A DNA stretch of 64,000 nucleotides, from contig CAYLJX010000003.1 of the NCBI GenBank assembly GCA_964384235.1, positions 8,389 to 72,388 of the forward strand. The letters run 5' to 3'. The notes below the pieces were generated by a model. It ran no database searches. It was not told the origin of the DNA and worked only from the letters and a program-made list of their open reading frames with translations. Below, in pieces: positions 63,880 to 64,000 of this stretch (positions are counted from its first letter, which is position 1; each line of letters starts with the position of its first letter). Position numbers and translations under genes: made by a program. The DNA is from an uncultured Bdellovibrionales bacterium. Its GTDB lineage: Bacteria > Patescibacteriota > Minisyncoccia > Moranbacterales > UBA1568.

Positions 63880-64000
63880 ACTTCAGGATCTTCGTCGCGA
63901 CACCGGCACCGACCGTGCGGCCACCTTCGCGGATCGCGAAACGCATACCTTCTTCCATGGCGACCGGGGCCAAGAGCTTGATCTTGAGCGTCACCGTGTC
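63880..64000 (-). CDS. tuf: elongation factor Tu, C-terminal 40 codons (gene continues beyond window end)
   Basis: Minus-strand translation ...[40 protein letters not shown] is the canonical EF-Tu C-terminus. Confidence 0.85.

Overview
This 64 kb window is from a GC-rich (~58% GC) bacterial chromosome read with the standard genetic code, and nearly every gene is on the minus strand. The right third (51.4–64 kb) is the conserved S10/spc ribosomal-protein operon: partial tuf, rpsJ, rplC/D/W/B, rpsS, rplV, rpsC, rplP, rpmC, rpsQ, rplN/X/E, rpsZ, rpsH, rplF/R, rpsE, rplO, secY, adk and map. The left end holds the genes that normally follow map directly (infA, rpmJ, rpsM) behind their own consensus promoter, so about 51 kb lies between map and infA. 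That interval carries housekeeping genes: uppS, a polyprenyl synthase, pyrE/pyrF, tsf, rpsB, rpmE, prfA, prmC, rmuC, holB, mreB, murA, murD, trxB, gdh, gap, fba, tpiA and ruvX. It also carries a large cell-envelope glycosylation set: a WecA/MraY-like phosphotransferase, two tandem GT-C (ArnT/PMT-like) transferases, a GT2 and two GT4 enzymes. A five-tRNA cluster with rpmG and a cluster built around a VirD4/TraG-like membrane ATPase with very large hypothetical proteins complete it. L30 is absent between rpsE and rplO, S14 is the Zn type, and several ribosomal proteins carry Lys/Ala-rich extensions. This is compatible with, but does not prove, a reduced-genome lineage such as the Patescibacteria (CPR).

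The accessory signals worth a second look are these:
- Two copies of a ~145 nt GC-rich element whose ends mimic the 3' terminus of the adjacent tRNA (Glu, Tyr), each followed by a bidirectional terminator hairpin.
- A MITE-like family with terminal inverted repeats (TIRs), five copies at gene boundaries, whose internal hairpin shows compensatory stem changes between copies.
- A recurring arrangement of a heptanucleotide tandem array, a spacer, then the inverted array, with a different heptamer at each site. One instance lies inside a glycosyltransferase gene; a separate 4x TTTTGCC tract sits in the same gene.
- An AT-rich islet encoding an HTH protein with possible LAGLIDADG-like motifs beside the tRNAs.
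- A 39-aa lysine-rich histone-like gene missing from the ORF track.
- An orphan csoR gene with a textbook operator.

No rRNA, CRISPR array, or recognisable defence or toxin system was seen.
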